Source of the DNA: Clostridium culturomicium
Lineage (GTDB): Bacteria > Bacillota > Clostridia > Clostridiales > Clostridiaceae
Assembly: GCF_000821305.1 (NCBI RefSeq)
Contig: NZ_CCXK01000015.1
Location: 463,312 to 495,311 of the forward strand
Direction: 5' to 3'
DNA: 32,000 nucleotides
Both the position numbers and the translations under genes were made by a program. Below are positions 1 to 10,167 of this stretch, in pieces (the stretch's first letter is position 1; the number at the start of each line of letters is the position of its first letter). The notes beneath the pieces were generated by a model. That model saw only the letters and a list, made by a program, of their open reading frames with translations, was not told the origin of the DNA and made no database searches.

Positions 1-338
1 CTCTTGCGGCTAATGTTTTATCAATGAGTACAGCTACAATAGAGCAGGAGCGTTTCCCTAGAGATGAATATTGTAATGATGCTGAAATAAACGGAACTTA
101 CTATCTATGGTACGATGCTGACTATACGGAAGAGCAGATGTTTGAATATATTTTTAACGATAACAAGATCTTTTTAAATGCTAATCAACCTGTTTATACT
201 CCTCAATATGAATATAGTGAAGATAGCTCAAATACTAAAACATCTAATCCCTCTAATAATAAAGATAATTTAACTTCACCGACTATAAATGACTTCAATG
301 AAGACCTCAAGGAAGTGCCAGTAATAACTATCCCTTAA
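1..338 (+). CDS. 3' part of an uncharacterised protein; the reading frame is open to the window edge
   Basis: The frame of ORF 24..338 has no stop back to position 3, so the gene probably starts upstream of the window. The C-terminus is low-complexity and S/N/T/P-rich. A strong hairpin terminator follows. Confidence 0.35.
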   Translation, partial: LAANVLSMSTATIEQERFPRDEYCNDAEINGTYYLWYDADYTEEQMFEYIFNDNKIFLNANQPVYTPQYEYSEDSSNTKTSNPSNNKDNLTSPTINDFNEDLKEVPVITIP

Positions 339-341
339 ATG

Positions 342-378
342 AAAAAGATGTTGAACCTTTAATGTTCAACATCTTTTT
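342..378. terminator. Bidirectional rho-independent terminator between convergent genes
   Basis: 11-bp stem agatgttgaac / gttcaacatct with loop ctttaat, flanked by an A-run on the 5' side and a T-run on the 3' side. Confidence 0.7.
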
Positions 379-452
379 ATCTTAAACTGCCTCACCTTAT
401 ACTAATTCGGCAAAGCAATTTAAACTCACTAAAACAATACTTTAAAATGCAA

Positions 453-2180
453 TTATAGCAAGCTATTTATACTCTTTAATACATTTTCCTCTAGGTATTT
501 AAGATTATCCTCTGCTGACTTTTCACATTCACCAGTTACACCTAAATAAATCTTCATCTTCGGTTCTGTACCTGATGGACGAACTACAAAATAACAGCTA
601 TTATTACATATAAATTTAAGTACATTAGATTTTGGAAGAGTTATTTCTTCTTCACTATTAGTCTCAATATTTATTCTAGTACTTAATTTATAATCTTCTT
701 TAACAGCAACTTTATAATCACCAAAGGTCTTAATATCCTCATTCCTGAAGAATTCTATAATTTCTCCAATCTTTTCTTGTCCTTCTTTACCCTTTAATTC
801 TATAGATATAAGTTTTTCTTTATAGTATCCATATTTATTATATAAATCAATTAAACCTTCATATAAAGTTTTTCCTATTGATTTATAGTAAAGAGTCATT
901 TCGCAAATAAGCATTGCTGCTACAACAGCATCCTTATCTCTAACAAAGTCTCCTGCTAAGTATCCGTAACTTTCTTCAAATCCTAATAAGAATTTATTCT
1001 CGTCTGGTGTACTTTCAAAATTCTTTATAAGCTCACCGATATACTTAAATCCAGTTAATACTTCTTCAAGTTTAACACCATAATCCTTACAGATTGGTTT
1101 AACCATATCAGTTGAAACTATTGTCTTTATTATAGTTCCTGCTGGAGTTAACTTATTTATATCTTTTAAAGAAGAAACAATATAATGAGTTAAAAGAACT
1201 CCAACTTGATTTCCTGTCAATACTCTGTAATCTCCGCTATTATCTTTAACTACCGCACCAATTCTATCGCAATCAGGGTCTGTTCCAAGAATAATATCTG
1301 GATTAAAGTCCTTAGCCATTTCTAATGCTAATTTAAATACCTTGCTATCCTCTGGATTAGGATATGGTGCTGTTGAAAAGTTTCCATCAGGAAGCTCCTG
1401 CTCTTTTACAATCTCAACTTGTTTGTATCCAAGCTTATCTAATATCATTCTAACTGGAATATTTCCTGTTCCATGGATAGGTGTATATATTATTTTTAAA
1501 TCTGCTGCATGTTCCTCAACTAATTCATCTCTTATTGTAAGACCTTTAACTCTCTCAATATAAGCCTCATACATCTCATTCCCAATGTAATTTATAAATC
1601 CATTTTCAATAGATTCAGTTTTACCCATAACTACTACGTCATTAAATGTATCCACCTTATTAACGTATCCTATTATTTCATTTGCCGCAACATCTGTAAC
1701 CTGACACCCATCGCTTCCATATACCTTGTATCCATTATATTCCTTAGGATTGTGTGATGCAGTTAATACTATTCCTCCATCACAGCCTAGTTCTCTAACA
1801 GCAAAAGAAAGCATTGGAGTCGGTGTTAGTTTATCATATAAATAAACCTTAATACCATTTCCCGCTAAAACTCTTCCAGCATATTCTGCAAACTCTGCAG
1901 ACATATTTCTTGAATCATACGCAATTGCAACCTTAGGACTTTTTCCATGATTGTTTAAGTAATTAGCAAAACCTTGAGTTGCTTTTCCAACAGTATATAT
2001 ATTTAATCTGTTGCTTCCAGCACCTATTACTCCTCTAAGTCCACCTGTACCAAACTCTAAATCCTTATAAAATCTATCTTCTATCTCTTTTTCATCTGAA
2101 ATAGCTCTTAACTCTTCTTTTGTATTCTCATCTATAGATGCTGAATTCATCCATAAATCATACTTATTTTTGTACTCCAT
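453..2180 (-). CDS. Phosphoglucomutase/phosphomannomutase (alpha-D-phosphohexomutase family)
   Basis: 575-aa ORF with family signatures: active-site loop TASHNP (LTASHNPKEYNGYK), metal loop DPDCDR, sugar loop GFEESYG and phosphate loop RPSGTEP. SD GGAGGG lies 6 nt upstream of the ATG. Confidence 0.93.
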   Translation of the reverse strand: MEYKNKYDLWMNSASIDENTKEELRAISDEKEIEDRFYKDLEFGTGGLRGVIGAGSNRLNIYTVGKATQGFANYLNNHGKSPKVAIAYDSRNMSAEFAEYAGRVLAGNGIKVYLYDKLTPTPMLSFAVRELGCDGGIVLTASHNPKEYNGYKVYGSDGCQVTDVAANEIIGYVNKVDTFNDVVVMGKTESIENGFINYIGNEMYEAYIERVKGLTIRDELVEEHAADLKIIYTPIHGTGNIPVRMILDKLGYKQVEIVKEQELPDGNFSTAPYPNPEDSKVFKLALEMAKDFNPDIILGTDPDCDRIGAVVKDNSGDYRVLTGNQVGVLLTHYIVSSLKDINKLTPAGTIIKTIVSTDMVKPICKDYGVKLEEVLTGFKYIGELIKNFESTPDENKFLLGFEESYGYLAGDFVRDKDAVVAAMLICEMTLYYKSIGKTLYEGLIDLYNKYGYYKEKLISIELKGKEGQEKIGEIIEFFRNEDIKTFGDYKVAVKEDYKLSTRINIETNSEEEITLPKSNVLKFICNNSCYFVVRPSGTEPKMKIYLGVTGECEKSAEDNLKYLEENVLKSINSLL

Positions 2181-2293
2181 TCTTTTCCCTCCAACTTCGT
2201 ATTTATATTATCTTTTATGTTAAAATTTAATTATAGGCAATAAGATACTATTTAAATTATATTATACAACCATGTATTTTTCCATATTTTATA

Positions 2294-3034
2294 TTACTGA
2301 TTTTCTAATAGTTGATCTTCAGGCACTTCTCTTAATACCCTTGCAGGGCTTCCTATAACTATTTTGCGGGTAGGAACGTCTTTTGTTACTAGTGCTCCTG
2401 CCGCTACAAATCCTTCTTCCCAAATAATTTTTCCTGGAAGAATAACAGCCCCTGCTCCAACTCTTCCGCCCCTTTTAATAGTAACACCCTTAAATTTTCC
2501 GAATCGTTCCTTAGATCTTGCAGCATAATTATCGTTGGAAGTAACAACACACGGAGCTATAAATACGTTTTCTTCTACTGTTGAATATGCAGTTAAATAT
2601 ACATTAGTTTGTATCTTACAATTAGAGCCTACAGTACAGAAATTTTCAATTGTCGCTCCTCTTCCTATAATGGTTCTTTCTCCTACAGTGACATTTTCCC
2701 TAATTGCAGCTCCATCCGCAACTAAAGTTTTATCCCCAATCTCTGCCCCTCTATATACAATTACACAAGCTCCAATTAAACAACCTTCACCTATTATACA
2801 AGGACTTAATTTATCCTCATCCTTAAAAATACTATTTACACTTCTCATGGGTATTTTTCCTATAACTGTGTTATCATCGATTCTTACATTATCCTTTATT
2901 ATTGTGTCTTCATGTATCACAACATTATGTCCAATAATACAATTTTCCCCTATTACAACTCTATCTTCTATTACAGAAAATTTTCCTATTGCAACCTTTT
3001 CTCCAATTACAGCCTTGTCAGAAATATAATTCAC
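2294..3034 (-). CDS. Hexapeptide-repeat (left-handed beta-helix) acyl/acetyltransferase
   Basis: 246-aa ORF made almost entirely of imperfect [LIV]-G-x4 hexapeptide repeats, e.g. IGENCIIGHNVVIHEDTIIKDNVRIDDNTVIG and VGERTIIGRGATIENFCTVGSNCKIQTNVYL. Substrate cannot be inferred from the sequence. Confidence 0.8.
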   Translation of the reverse strand: MNYISDKAVIGEKVAIGKFSVIEDRVVIGENCIIGHNVVIHEDTIIKDNVRIDDNTVIGKIPMRSVNSIFKDEDKLSPCIIGEGCLIGACVIVYRGAEIGDKTLVADGAAIRENVTVGERTIIGRGATIENFCTVGSNCKIQTNVYLTAYSTVEENVFIAPCVVTSNDNYAARSKERFGKFKGVTIKRGGRVGAGAVILPGKIIWEEGFVAAGALVTKDVPTRKIVIGSPARVLREVPEDQLLENQ

Positions 3035-3150
3035 TGCTACACTTCCTTTATATAAAACTTACTACATTTAATCCTCGTATTAGTTTACTCTTCACCGGTA
3101 GAATATATTACACTATAATAATGATAGTTATTTTTTTAACAATATCTCTA

Positions 3151-3178
3151 TTGTATCTTTCTTTTTTAATGATATAAT
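3151..3178 (+). promoter_or_regulatory. Candidate sigma-A promoter for the hydrogenase-like gene
   Basis: TTGTAT (3151-3156), 16-nt spacer, TATAAT (3173-3178), preceded by TGa (extended -10 type). It lies about 45 nt upstream of the ATG at 3222. Confidence 0.5.
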
Positions 3179-3221
3179 TAATTTAGATAATTTTGAATAT
3201 ACAGCAATCAAGGGGGTTTAT

Positions 3222-4709
3222 ATGTTCACATTTGAAACTACGTTAAAAAAAATTAAACATGAGGTTCTTAAACAAATCGTTATTCTTGCAATGAATAATA
3301 ACCTTACTACTGAAGAAATATTTAATATTCACAAGTTTATTATAGACAAGCGTAATCCAACTTATCGCTGCTGTGTATATAAAGAAAGAGCTATTGTTAA
3401 TCAGCGTGCAAAGCTTGCAGCAGGATATATGCCAATTGATGATGAATACAGTAAGCTTATAGATATTCGATACACAGATCAAATAATGTACATAATAGAA
3501 TCTGCCTGTGATAGATGCCAAATAAATAAATATACAGTAACAGAAGCCTGTAGGGGATGTCTTACTCATAAATGCAAGGAAGTATGTCCTGCTAATGCAA
3601 TGATGACAGTTGGTGGTAAAGCCTATATAAATCAAGACTTCTGTAAGGAATGTGGCTTGTGTAAAAAGGCATGCCCTTATAATGCAATATCTGAGGTTCT
3701 TAGGCCCTGTAAAGTTGCATGTCCAACTGGAGCTCTAAGTGTAAGTTACGATGACAGAAGAGCTATTATAAATAATGAAGACTGTATTCAATGCGGTGCA
3801 TGTATGAATGCATGTCCATTTGGAGCTATCTCTGATAAAAGCTTCGTAGTTCCTGTTACAAAACGCCTTAAACGTGAAAGACCAATGTCAGTAATTGTTG
3901 CTCCATCTATTTCTGGACAATTTGGTCCTAATGTTTCACTAGGACAAATTAAATCTGCTTTATTAAAAATGGGCTTTAAAGATATGGTAGAAGCATCTTG
4001 TGGTGCTGATATTGTTACCATACATGAAACTAAAGAATTCTTAGAAAGAATGGAAAATGAAGATACCTATATGACAAATTCTTGTTGTCCAGGCTTCTTA
4101 AATTATATTGAAAAGAAATTCCCTAGTGAAATTTCTAAGGTTTCAAAAACTATATCTCCAATGATAGCAACTGCTCGTTTATTAAAAGCTGAAGACCCTG
4201 AGCTAAGAATAGTATTCATAGGTCCATGCACAGCAAAAAAAGCTGAAATTACAAGACCAGAGGTTGCAGGTGCAGTAGATTATGTGCTTACCTTTGAAGA
4301 ATTATCTGCAATGCTTGATGCTTTTGATATTGATCCTGCTCTTTGTGATGAGATGGATATTAATGAAGGTTCTGTATTTGGACGTGGCTTTGCAATCGCT
4401 GGTGGTTTAACAGCTTCAATAGAAAACTATGTGAGAAGTGAAAATATTGACACTACCTTTAAACCTCTTAAGGTTTCAGGCCCTGAAGAGATTAAAAAGG
4501 TTTTAACCCTTGCTAAAATAAATAGACTTCCTGGAAACTTTATTGAGGGTATGATGTGTAATGGCGGCTGTATTAATGGTGCTGGTGTATTTTCAACCCC
4601 TACCTTCAGTAGAACAGCCTTCTTAAAGGAAAGTAAGACCTCTACTATAAAAAATGTGGCAGATAACTCAGCTTGTACTTCTGCTGAAACTATTGATATG
4701 GAAAGATAA
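3222..4709 (+). CDS. [FeFe]-hydrogenase-like iron-sulfur protein (ferredoxin-type 4Fe-4S domains plus H-cluster domain)
   Basis: 495 aa. Contains CX2CX2CX3CP ferredoxin motifs (CKECGLCKKACP, CIQCGACMNACP) and a variant CRGCLTHKCKEVCP. H-domain motifs are L1-like NSCCPGF, L2-like GPCTAKKAE and L3-like EGMMCNGGCINGAG. SD GGGGG precedes the ATG. Confidence 0.82.
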   Translation: MFTFETTLKKIKHEVLKQIVILAMNNNLTTEEIFNIHKFIIDKRNPTYRCCVYKERAIVNQRAKLAAGYMPIDDEYSKLIDIRYTDQIMYIIESACDRCQINKYTVTEACRGCLTHKCKEVCPANAMMTVGGKAYINQDFCKECGLCKKACPYNAISEVLRPCKVACPTGALSVSYDDRRAIINNEDCIQCGACMNACPFGAISDKSFVVPVTKRLKRERPMSVIVAPSISGQFGPNVSLGQIKSALLKMGFKDMVEASCGADIVTIHETKEFLERMENEDTYMTNSCCPGFLNYIEKKFPSEISKVSKTISPMIATARLLKAEDPELRIVFIGPCTAKKAEITRPEVAGAVDYVLTFEELSAMLDAFDIDPALCDEMDINEGSVFGRGFAIAGGLTASIENYVRSENIDTTFKPLKVSGPEEIKKVLTLAKINRLPGNFIEGMMCNGGCINGAGVFSTPTFSRTAFLKESKTSTIKNVADNSACTSAETIDMER

Positions 4710-4711
4710 AT

Positions 4712-4742
4712 AAAAAGGTGGATTTAAAAATCCACCTTTTTT
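4712..4742. terminator. Bidirectional rho-independent terminator
   Basis: aaaaaGGTGGATTTaaaAAATCCACCtttttt lies between the convergent hydrogenase-like and LacI-family genes. Confidence 0.8.
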
Positions 4743-4756
4743 ATATTCATATTTAA

Positions 4757-5749
4757 TTACTTACAAGAATCTCGCTTTACAAACTCATATGGTAATCTGT
4801 AATAGCTTTCTTCTATAGGAAGCTTATTAATAAGCTTAATAAGAAGTCTCATACCAACAGAACCCATGTCATATAAAGGACGAGCTACTGTAGTTAATTT
4901 TGGATGATATACTGCAGCTAGTGCAATATTATCAAATCCGATTACATTAACATCTTCAGGAACCTTTATTCCTTTTTCTCTTAATGCATTTATAACACCT
5001 ATAGCCATTTGGTCACAGCCGCAAATAACTCCATCAACCTGTTGACTTTCAGTAATCTTATTTATACCAGCAATTCCTTGTTCATACTTAAGGTTTCCGC
5101 GATAAACTAAGTTTTCATTTAAAAGTCCAGCATTTGACATAGCATCTCTATATCCAGCATAAATCTTTTCATGCTCTAAAGCTGTTTCTCTATCATAACC
5201 TATATATGCTATGTTTTTATTTCCAAGTGATATTAAATATTCAACAGCTTCTTTTGCTCCTGAATAACTATCTATACCTATACTTGGCACTTCGTCTTCA
5301 TCATCCATTGTACCTACAGATACAACTGGAATTCCTGAATTTTTAATTGCAGCTTTTATATCTGCATCTAGAGAATCTCCCATGTAGATTATTCCATCTA
5401 CCATTTTTTCTCTAAGAATATTAAAGCTTTCTTTCTCTCTATTTTTATCTAAATCGGTGTTACAAAGCATTATGTTGTAATTATATATACTAGCTAAATC
5501 CTCTGCACCTCTAACGATTTCTGGATAAAGTGAGTTTGATATATCAGGAATTATAATTCCTATAGTGCTTGACCTTTGAGTTTTAAGGCTTCTAGCTAAA
5601 ATGTTAGGTCTGTAATCTAACTTCTCAATTGCATCTAAAACTCTCTGCTTTGTTTCTTGGTTAACAACGTCTATATCGTTTAGAACTCTCGAAACTGTAG
5701 CTATGGAAACATTAGCTTCTTTTGCTACATCCTTAATTGATGCTGCCAT
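4757..5749 (-). CDS. LacI-family transcriptional regulator, CcpA-like
   Basis: 330 aa. N-terminal HTH IKDVAKEANVSIATVSRVLN is followed by a periplasmic-binding-protein-type sugar-binding core. The N-terminal half aligns by eye with catabolite control protein A (..RPNxxARSLxxxxxxTIGxIIPDISNxxYxExxRGxED..). CcpA identity versus another LacI paralogue is not proven. Confidence 0.85.
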   Translation of the reverse strand: MAASIKDVAKEANVSIATVSRVLNDIDVVNQETKQRVLDAIEKLDYRPNILARSLKTQRSSTIGIIIPDISNSLYPEIVRGAEDLASIYNYNIMLCNTDLDKNREKESFNILREKMVDGIIYMGDSLDADIKAAIKNSGIPVVSVGTMDDEDEVPSIGIDSYSGAKEAVEYLISLGNKNIAYIGYDRETALEHEKIYAGYRDAMSNAGLLNENLVYRGNLKYEQGIAGINKITESQQVDGVICGCDQMAIGVINALREKGIKVPEDVNVIGFDNIALAAVYHPKLTTVARPLYDMGSVGMRLLIKLINKLPIEESYYRLPYEFVKRDSCK

Positions 5750-5803
5750 TATTTCACCCCTCTTCTTTCTTATACCCCTAAATTATATTTACCTTAATTA
5801 TAC

Positions 5804-5842
5804 AATTTAACTAACTGAAAATCAAATTCAGTTAGTTAAATT
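5804..5842 (-). terminator. Long perfect stem-loop between ileS and the LacI-family gene (possible terminator or processing site)
   Basis: 16-bp perfect inverted repeat aatttaactaactgaa / ttcagttagttaaatt with a 7-nt loop. There is no clean U-run on the minus strand, so terminator function is uncertain. Confidence 0.35.
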
Positions 5843-5887
5843 TATTTATTCCTATAATGTAGTAAATTATTCTCCTGTATAAGCTTA

Positions 5888-8800
5888 TTAAGCTCTCTCT
5901 ACTTGAAGAAGTAACTTTTCTCCATTTATTTTAACTTCATTTACAGCTTTTTCACTATTATAAGTTACTTCTAGAGCTAAAGTATCTCTCATAATTTGCT
6001 GTTCAAATTTCTTTATGATACTTTCAAGTGCTTCGTTTCCTGCAAAGTATAAGTAAATTTTATCAGAAACTTCGAATCCACTTTCTTTTCTCATATTTTG
6101 AATCTTACTTAATACTTCTCTTATATGTCCTTCTTCTCTAAGCTCTTCAGAAATATTAGTATCAAGGACTACTCCAAGCTCTCCCTCACCTGCAAATGCA
6201 AATCCTTCAAGACCTTGCATTGTCACAAGTAAGTTCTCTTTGTTAAGCTCTATTTCAGTTCCATCTACATCTATTTTTACTATTTCTCCACTATTTATTC
6301 TTTGTGCAAGATCCATTTGGTTCATAGCGCCAATAGCTTTTCTTATTCCTGGTATCATCTTACCATAAGCTTTTCCTAGTACTGGAAGATTAGGCTTAAT
6401 CTCAAAGTTAACATACTTAGAAAGGTCAGCTCCAAGCTCAACTTCTTTAATGTTAAGCTCTTCCTTAACGATGTCACCATAGTATTCAGGAAGTGATGCT
6501 ACAGACACAAGCATTTTGCCAAGTGGCTGTCTGTTCTTTATGTTAGCACCATTTCTAGCACTTCTTCCAAGCTGAACTATTTTGTAAGCAGTATCCATTT
6601 CCTCTTCTAACTTCTTATCAACTTCAGCTGTTACGTATTCTGGCCATCTGCATAGGTGAACACTTTCTGGTGCTTCCTTATCAAATGCAACAACTAAATT
6701 TTGATATAACTCATCAGTTATAAATGGTATGAATGGAGATGCAACTCTTGCAAAAGTAGTAAGTACTCTGTAAAGAGTCATGTATGCTCCAATCTTATCC
6801 TCTGTAAGCTCTTCACCCCAGAATCTAGATCTGTTTCTTCTTACATACCAGTTAGATAACTCGTCAACGAAAGCTTCAAGCTCTTTAGCTCCTTGAGTAA
6901 TTCTGTAGTTCTCTAAATGCTCATCGATGTTTTTAACTAAAGTGTTAAGCTTAGACATCATCCATTTATCCATTACATTTTCAGATTTAAACTCTTTATA
7001 ATCCATTGGATTGAACTTATCTAAGTCAGCATATAACACGTAGAATGAGTATACATTCCATAACGTTCCGATAAACTTTCTTTGTGCTTCAATAACTCCA
7101 TCCTCATAGAATCTTGATGGAAGCCATGGTGCACTAGTTGTATAGAAGTACCATCTTAAAGCATCTGCTCCTTCATTCTCAAGTACTGTGAATGGACTAA
7201 GAACATTTCCTTTGTGCTTAGACATCTTGATTCCATCTTTATCAAGAACGTGACCTAATACGATACAGTTCTCAAATGGATTCTTCTCAAATACTGTTGT
7301 TGAAATTGCAAGTAATGTATAGAACCATCCTCTTGTTTGGTCAACAGCCTCTGATATAAATTGTGCTGGGAAGTTAGCTTCAAACAACTCTTTGTTTTCA
7401 AACGGATAGTGGTACTGTGCAAACGGCATTGAACCTGAATCAAACCAGCAGTCAATAACCTCTTCAACTCTTGTCATTTCTTTATGACAGTGAGGACAGT
7501 CAAGCTTAACATTATCAATGTATGGCTTGTGAAGCTCTATTCCTTCAGGTACATTTATACCTTTTTCATGAAGCTCAGCTACACTTCCAATCATTTCTCT
7601 ATGTCCGCATTCACATTCCCATATTGGAAGTGGAGTACCCCAGTATCTGTTTCTTGAAATTCCCCAGTCAATTACGTTCTCAAGGAATTTACCCATTCTT
7701 CCTGTTCTGATGTTATCAGGCATCCAGTTTATCTTGTTGTTGTTTTCTATTAATTGATCCCTAACAGAAGACATTCTAACAAACCAGCTCTCTCTTGGGT
7801 AGTAAAGAAGTGGTGTGTCACATCTCCAGCAGTGTGGATATGAGTGTAAGAACTTCTCACTCTTATAAAGAATATTTTCTTCTTTTAAGAATGCTAATAT
7901 CTTCTCGTCAGCCTTCTTAACAAATATTCCAGCCCATGGAGTTACTGCAGGTACAAATTTACCTTCTCCATCAACTAAGTTTATTAATGGAAGACCATAT
8001 TTCTTTCCAATTTGGTTATCGTCATCTCCATATGCAGGTGCTATGTGTACTATACCAGTACCATCTGATAATGTTACGAAATCACCATGAACAACATAGA
8101 AAGCTTTTTCTTCTGGAGTTTCGAACTTGAACATTTGCTCATATTCTTTTCCAAGAAGTTCTTCTCCCTTGAATTCAGCAATAACTTCATACTCTCCATT
8201 AAGTTTATTTAATAGGCTTCTAGAAAGAATTAAGTGCTCTCCTTCATGTAAAACTTCAACATAGTCATAAGACTTATTTACTGCTAAAGCAACGTTGCTT
8301 GGTAATGTCCAAGGAGTTGTTGTCCATACTAATATATATTTATCTTCACCTTTAAGCTTGAACTTAACATAAGCTGAACTATCTCTAACATCCTTATATC
8401 CTTGAGCAACCTCGTGAGAAGATAAAGTTGTTCCACATCTAGGACAGTAAGGCATTACCTTGTGACCTTTGTATAGTAAGTCTTTATCCCACATTCTCTT
8501 TAAAGCCCACCATACTGATTCTATATAATCATTGTGGTAAGTTACATATGGATTTTCCATATCAACCCAGTATGCTAATCTCTCAGACATTTCTCTCCAC
8601 ATTTCAACATAAGAGAATACGCTATCTTTACACTCTGTAACGAAAGCCTCTACACCATAATCTTCGATTTGTGGTTTACCAGAGATTCCAAGCTTCTTTT
8701 CAATTTCAAGCTCTACTGGAAGTCCATGAGTGTCCCATCCAGCTTTTCTTAAAACCTTATAGCCTTTCATAACCTTATATCTAGGAATAATATCCTTCAT

Positions 8801-8989
8801 AACCCTTGTTATAACGTGTCCTATGTGTGGTTTACCATTCGCTGTTGGTGGACCATCATAAAATGTGAAAAATTCACCATCATCATTTAAGTCAAAGTTC
8901 TTTTGGATTACATTCTTTTCTTCCCAAAGCTTTAGTATATCTTTTTCAATATCCATAAATGACTTTGTGTTATCGATTTTCTTGTACAT
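5888..8989 (-). CDS. ileS: Isoleucyl-tRNA synthetase (long, type-2-like form)
   Basis: 1033 aa. Class I motifs HIGH (GKPHIGHV) and KMSKS-type (IKMSKHKGN) are present. The N-terminus reads [18 protein letters not shown]. Preceded by a T-box leader with an AUC specifier. Confidence 0.96.
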   Translation of the reverse strand: MYKKIDNTKSFMDIEKDILKLWEEKNVIQKNFDLNDDGEFFTFYDGPPTANGKPHIGHVITRVMKDIIPRYKVMKGYKVLRKAGWDTHGLPVELEIEKKLGISGKPQIEDYGVEAFVTECKDSVFSYVEMWREMSERLAYWVDMENPYVTYHNDYIESVWWALKRMWDKDLLYKGHKVMPYCPRCGTTLSSHEVAQGYKDVRDSSAYVKFKLKGEDKYILVWTTTPWTLPSNVALAVNKSYDYVEVLHEGEHLILSRSLLNKLNGEYEVIAEFKGEELLGKEYEQMFKFETPEEKAFYVVHGDFVTLSDGTGIVHIAPAYGDDDNQIGKKYGLPLINLVDGEGKFVPAVTPWAGIFVKKADEKILAFLKEENILYKSEKFLHSYPHCWRCDTPLLYYPRESWFVRMSSVRDQLIENNNKINWMPDNIRTGRMGKFLENVIDWGISRNRYWGTPLPIWECECGHREMIGSVAELHEKGINVPEGIELHKPYIDNVKLDCPHCHKEMTRVEEVIDCWFDSGSMPFAQYHYPFENKELFEANFPAQFISEAVDQTRGWFYTLLAISTTVFEKNPFENCIVLGHVLDKDGIKMSKHKGNVLSPFTVLENEGADALRWYFYTTSAPWLPSRFYEDGVIEAQRKFIGTLWNVYSFYVLYADLDKFNPMDYKEFKSENVMDKWMMSKLNTLVKNIDEHLENYRITQGAKELEAFVDELSNWYVRRNRSRFWGEELTEDKIGAYMTLYRVLTTFARVASPFIPFITDELYQNLVVAFDKEAPESVHLCRWPEYVTAEVDKKLEEEMDTAYKIVQLGRSARNGANIKNRQPLGKMLVSVASLPEYYGDIVKEELNIKEVELGADLSKYVNFEIKPNLPVLGKAYGKMIPGIRKAIGAMNQMDLAQRINSGEIVKIDVDGTEIELNKENLLVTMQGLEGFAFAGEGELGVVLDTNISEELREEGHIREVLSKIQNMRKESGFEVSDKIYLYFAGNEALESIIKKFEQQIMRDTLALEVTYNSEKAVNEVKINGEKLLLQVERA

Positions 8990-9082
8990 ACCCTTTCTTC
9001 CTCCTTATACATTATTCGTACGTCTGTTACTATTCTTAACAAAACTTAACTTTATTTTACCTATTTCCAAATATAATAGATT

Positions 9083-9386
9083 AAAAATAAAACTCCGCCC
9101 TACTAAAGGACGAAGTTGATTCGCTTATACCACCTACAGTGCTTTCAATTCAGATACTAACATATCCTATTCTTTAACGCAGAAACACGGAAAAACTTAC
9201 TCTATGAGTACCCCTTCAAACAAAATCAAACGAAGCTATCTCTTATTATTTCAGTTCTCGGCTCCTAGGTGATTTTCCTTTAACTCTCCCTATGGGTTTC
9301 CACCATTTTCCCACTCTCTTTAAGTTTGTAATTAAAGTACTCTCCTATTCTTAGCCTTTATATTCTTTTACGGTAAAATTATTTTT
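9083..9386 (-). promoter_or_regulatory. T-box leader (Ile specifier AUC) with intrinsic terminator, upstream of ileS
   Basis: Read on the minus strand: Stem I elements AGAGAGUGGG..AUGGUGGAAACCC; specifier context GGAAAAUCACC, with AUC being the complement of 9271-9273; T-box core GUAGGUGGUAUAAGCG (about 9117-9136). The terminator is CUUCGUCC-UUUAGUA-GGGCGGAG followed by UUUUAUUUUU (9083-9115). Confidence 0.85.
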
Positions 9387-9392
9387 GTATTA

Positions 9393-9420
9393 ATTATATT
9401 ACATAAAATTTTCAATGTAA
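9393..9420 (-). promoter_or_regulatory. Candidate sigma-A promoter for the ileS leader
   Basis: Minus strand TTACAT (9420-9415), 16-nt spacer, TATAAT (9398-9393). Confidence 0.45.
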
Positions 9421-9517
9421 AGCCTTTTAATATTTACATTACTTTTACTGCATTCTTGAATAAAAATTACGATACTATTCATACTTAAAAATATATTAAT
9501 TATTTGGAGGTAATAGT

Positions 9518-10150
9518 ATGGTTATCACCTGGCTTGGACATTCTTGTTTTCTTCTTGAAACATCACAGGGCTCAAAAATCTTAATAGATCCCTTTGACCC
9601 TGCACTTGGAAATTCACCATATAAAGGTTCTGTAGATATCGTAACAATTAGTCATAATCACTTTGATCACAATTTCACTAAAGAGATTAATCCAGGTTTT
9701 TTATCTTTAACATCCCCTGGAACTTATGATTCCTATGACATTAAAATTCAAGGCTTTCCCTCATACCACGATAAAGTAAACGGACTTAAAAGAGGAAGTA
9801 ATATAATTTTCACTTACGAAGCTGACAATTTCAGACTTTGTCATCTCGGTGACCTTGGTCACATGCTAACAGATGACGTAATAGATTTGCTTGGCTCCAT
9901 CGATGTCCTCTTCATTCCCATTGGTAGTAACTTTACTCTTGATGCTGAAGTTGCTTATTCTTTGTGTAGAAAAATCCAAAGTAAATTTGTGATTCCTATG
10001 CATTATAAAACGTCTCAATTAAGCTTCCCTGGTGAAGGAATAGAAAAATTCATATCACTTATGAAAAATGCTATGAATTTAAACTCGAATACTTTAGTTT
10101 TAGATGAACTTCCCCCAGCTAGAAATCAAGTAAGACTCCTTCAACTCTAA
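9518..10150 (+). CDS. Metallo-beta-lactamase-fold metal-dependent hydrolase
   Basis: 210 aa. HxHxDH motif (SHNHFDH) plus downstream His/Asp ligands (HLGDLGH, PMHY). SD GGAGG lies 8 nt upstream of the ATG. Confidence 0.85.
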   Translation: MVITWLGHSCFLLETSQGSKILIDPFDPALGNSPYKGSVDIVTISHNHFDHNFTKEINPGFLSLTSPGTYDSYDIKIQGFPSYHDKVNGLKRGSNIIFTYEADNFRLCHLGDLGHMLTDDVIDLLGSIDVLFIPIGSNFTLDAEVAYSLCRKIQSKFVIPMHYKTSQLSFPGEGIEKFISLMKNAMNLNSNTLVLDELPPARNQVRLLQL

Positions 10151-10165
10151 GATTATTTCTTAGAG
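10145..10165. terminator. Weak hairpin between convergent MBL-hydrolase and folT-like genes
   Basis: ctctaag-attattt-cttagag (7-bp stem) overlaps the MBL stop codon and is followed by tttta. Confidence 0.3.
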
Positions 10166-10167
10166 TT

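Noticed and set aside
1342-1563. Short antisense or shadow ORFs inside well-supported genes: 1342..1563, 3243..3635, 3788..4021, 7255..7467, 7522..7710, 7936..8130, 12762..12959, 16253..16441, 16740..16979, 18420..18608, 19472..19783, 21226..21495, 21926..22210, 23753..23968, 24485..24790, 26558..26791, 27308..27916, 27989..28372, 31182..31382.
   Set aside because: Each lies fully within, or antisense to, a gene with clear family motifs. All lack SD sequences and give low-complexity or hydrophobic-junk translations typical of AT-rich shadow frames.
2535-3177. ORFs 2535..3029 (+) and 2989..3177 (+), antisense to or overlapping the hexapeptide transferase gene and its upstream region.
   Set aside because: Low-complexity translation mirrors the hexapeptide repeats on the opposite strand. 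There is no SD. The region 3035-3221 is better explained as a divergent promoter region.
8865-9119. ORF 8865..9119 (+) spanning the ileS start and its leader.
   Set aside because: It is antisense to the ileS N-terminus and the T-box terminator, with low-complexity F/S/L-rich translation and no SD.
9194-9203. The 10-mer AGAGUAAGUU in the ileS T-box leader (minus strand) is identical to the start of repeat unit 23221-23230, hinting that the repeats are T-box fragments.
   Set aside because: There is only one short AT-rich word. The orientation relative to the nearest T-box (metG, minus strand) is opposite. No other T-box elements (specifier loop, GGUGGUA core) occur in the repeats, so this is probably chance.
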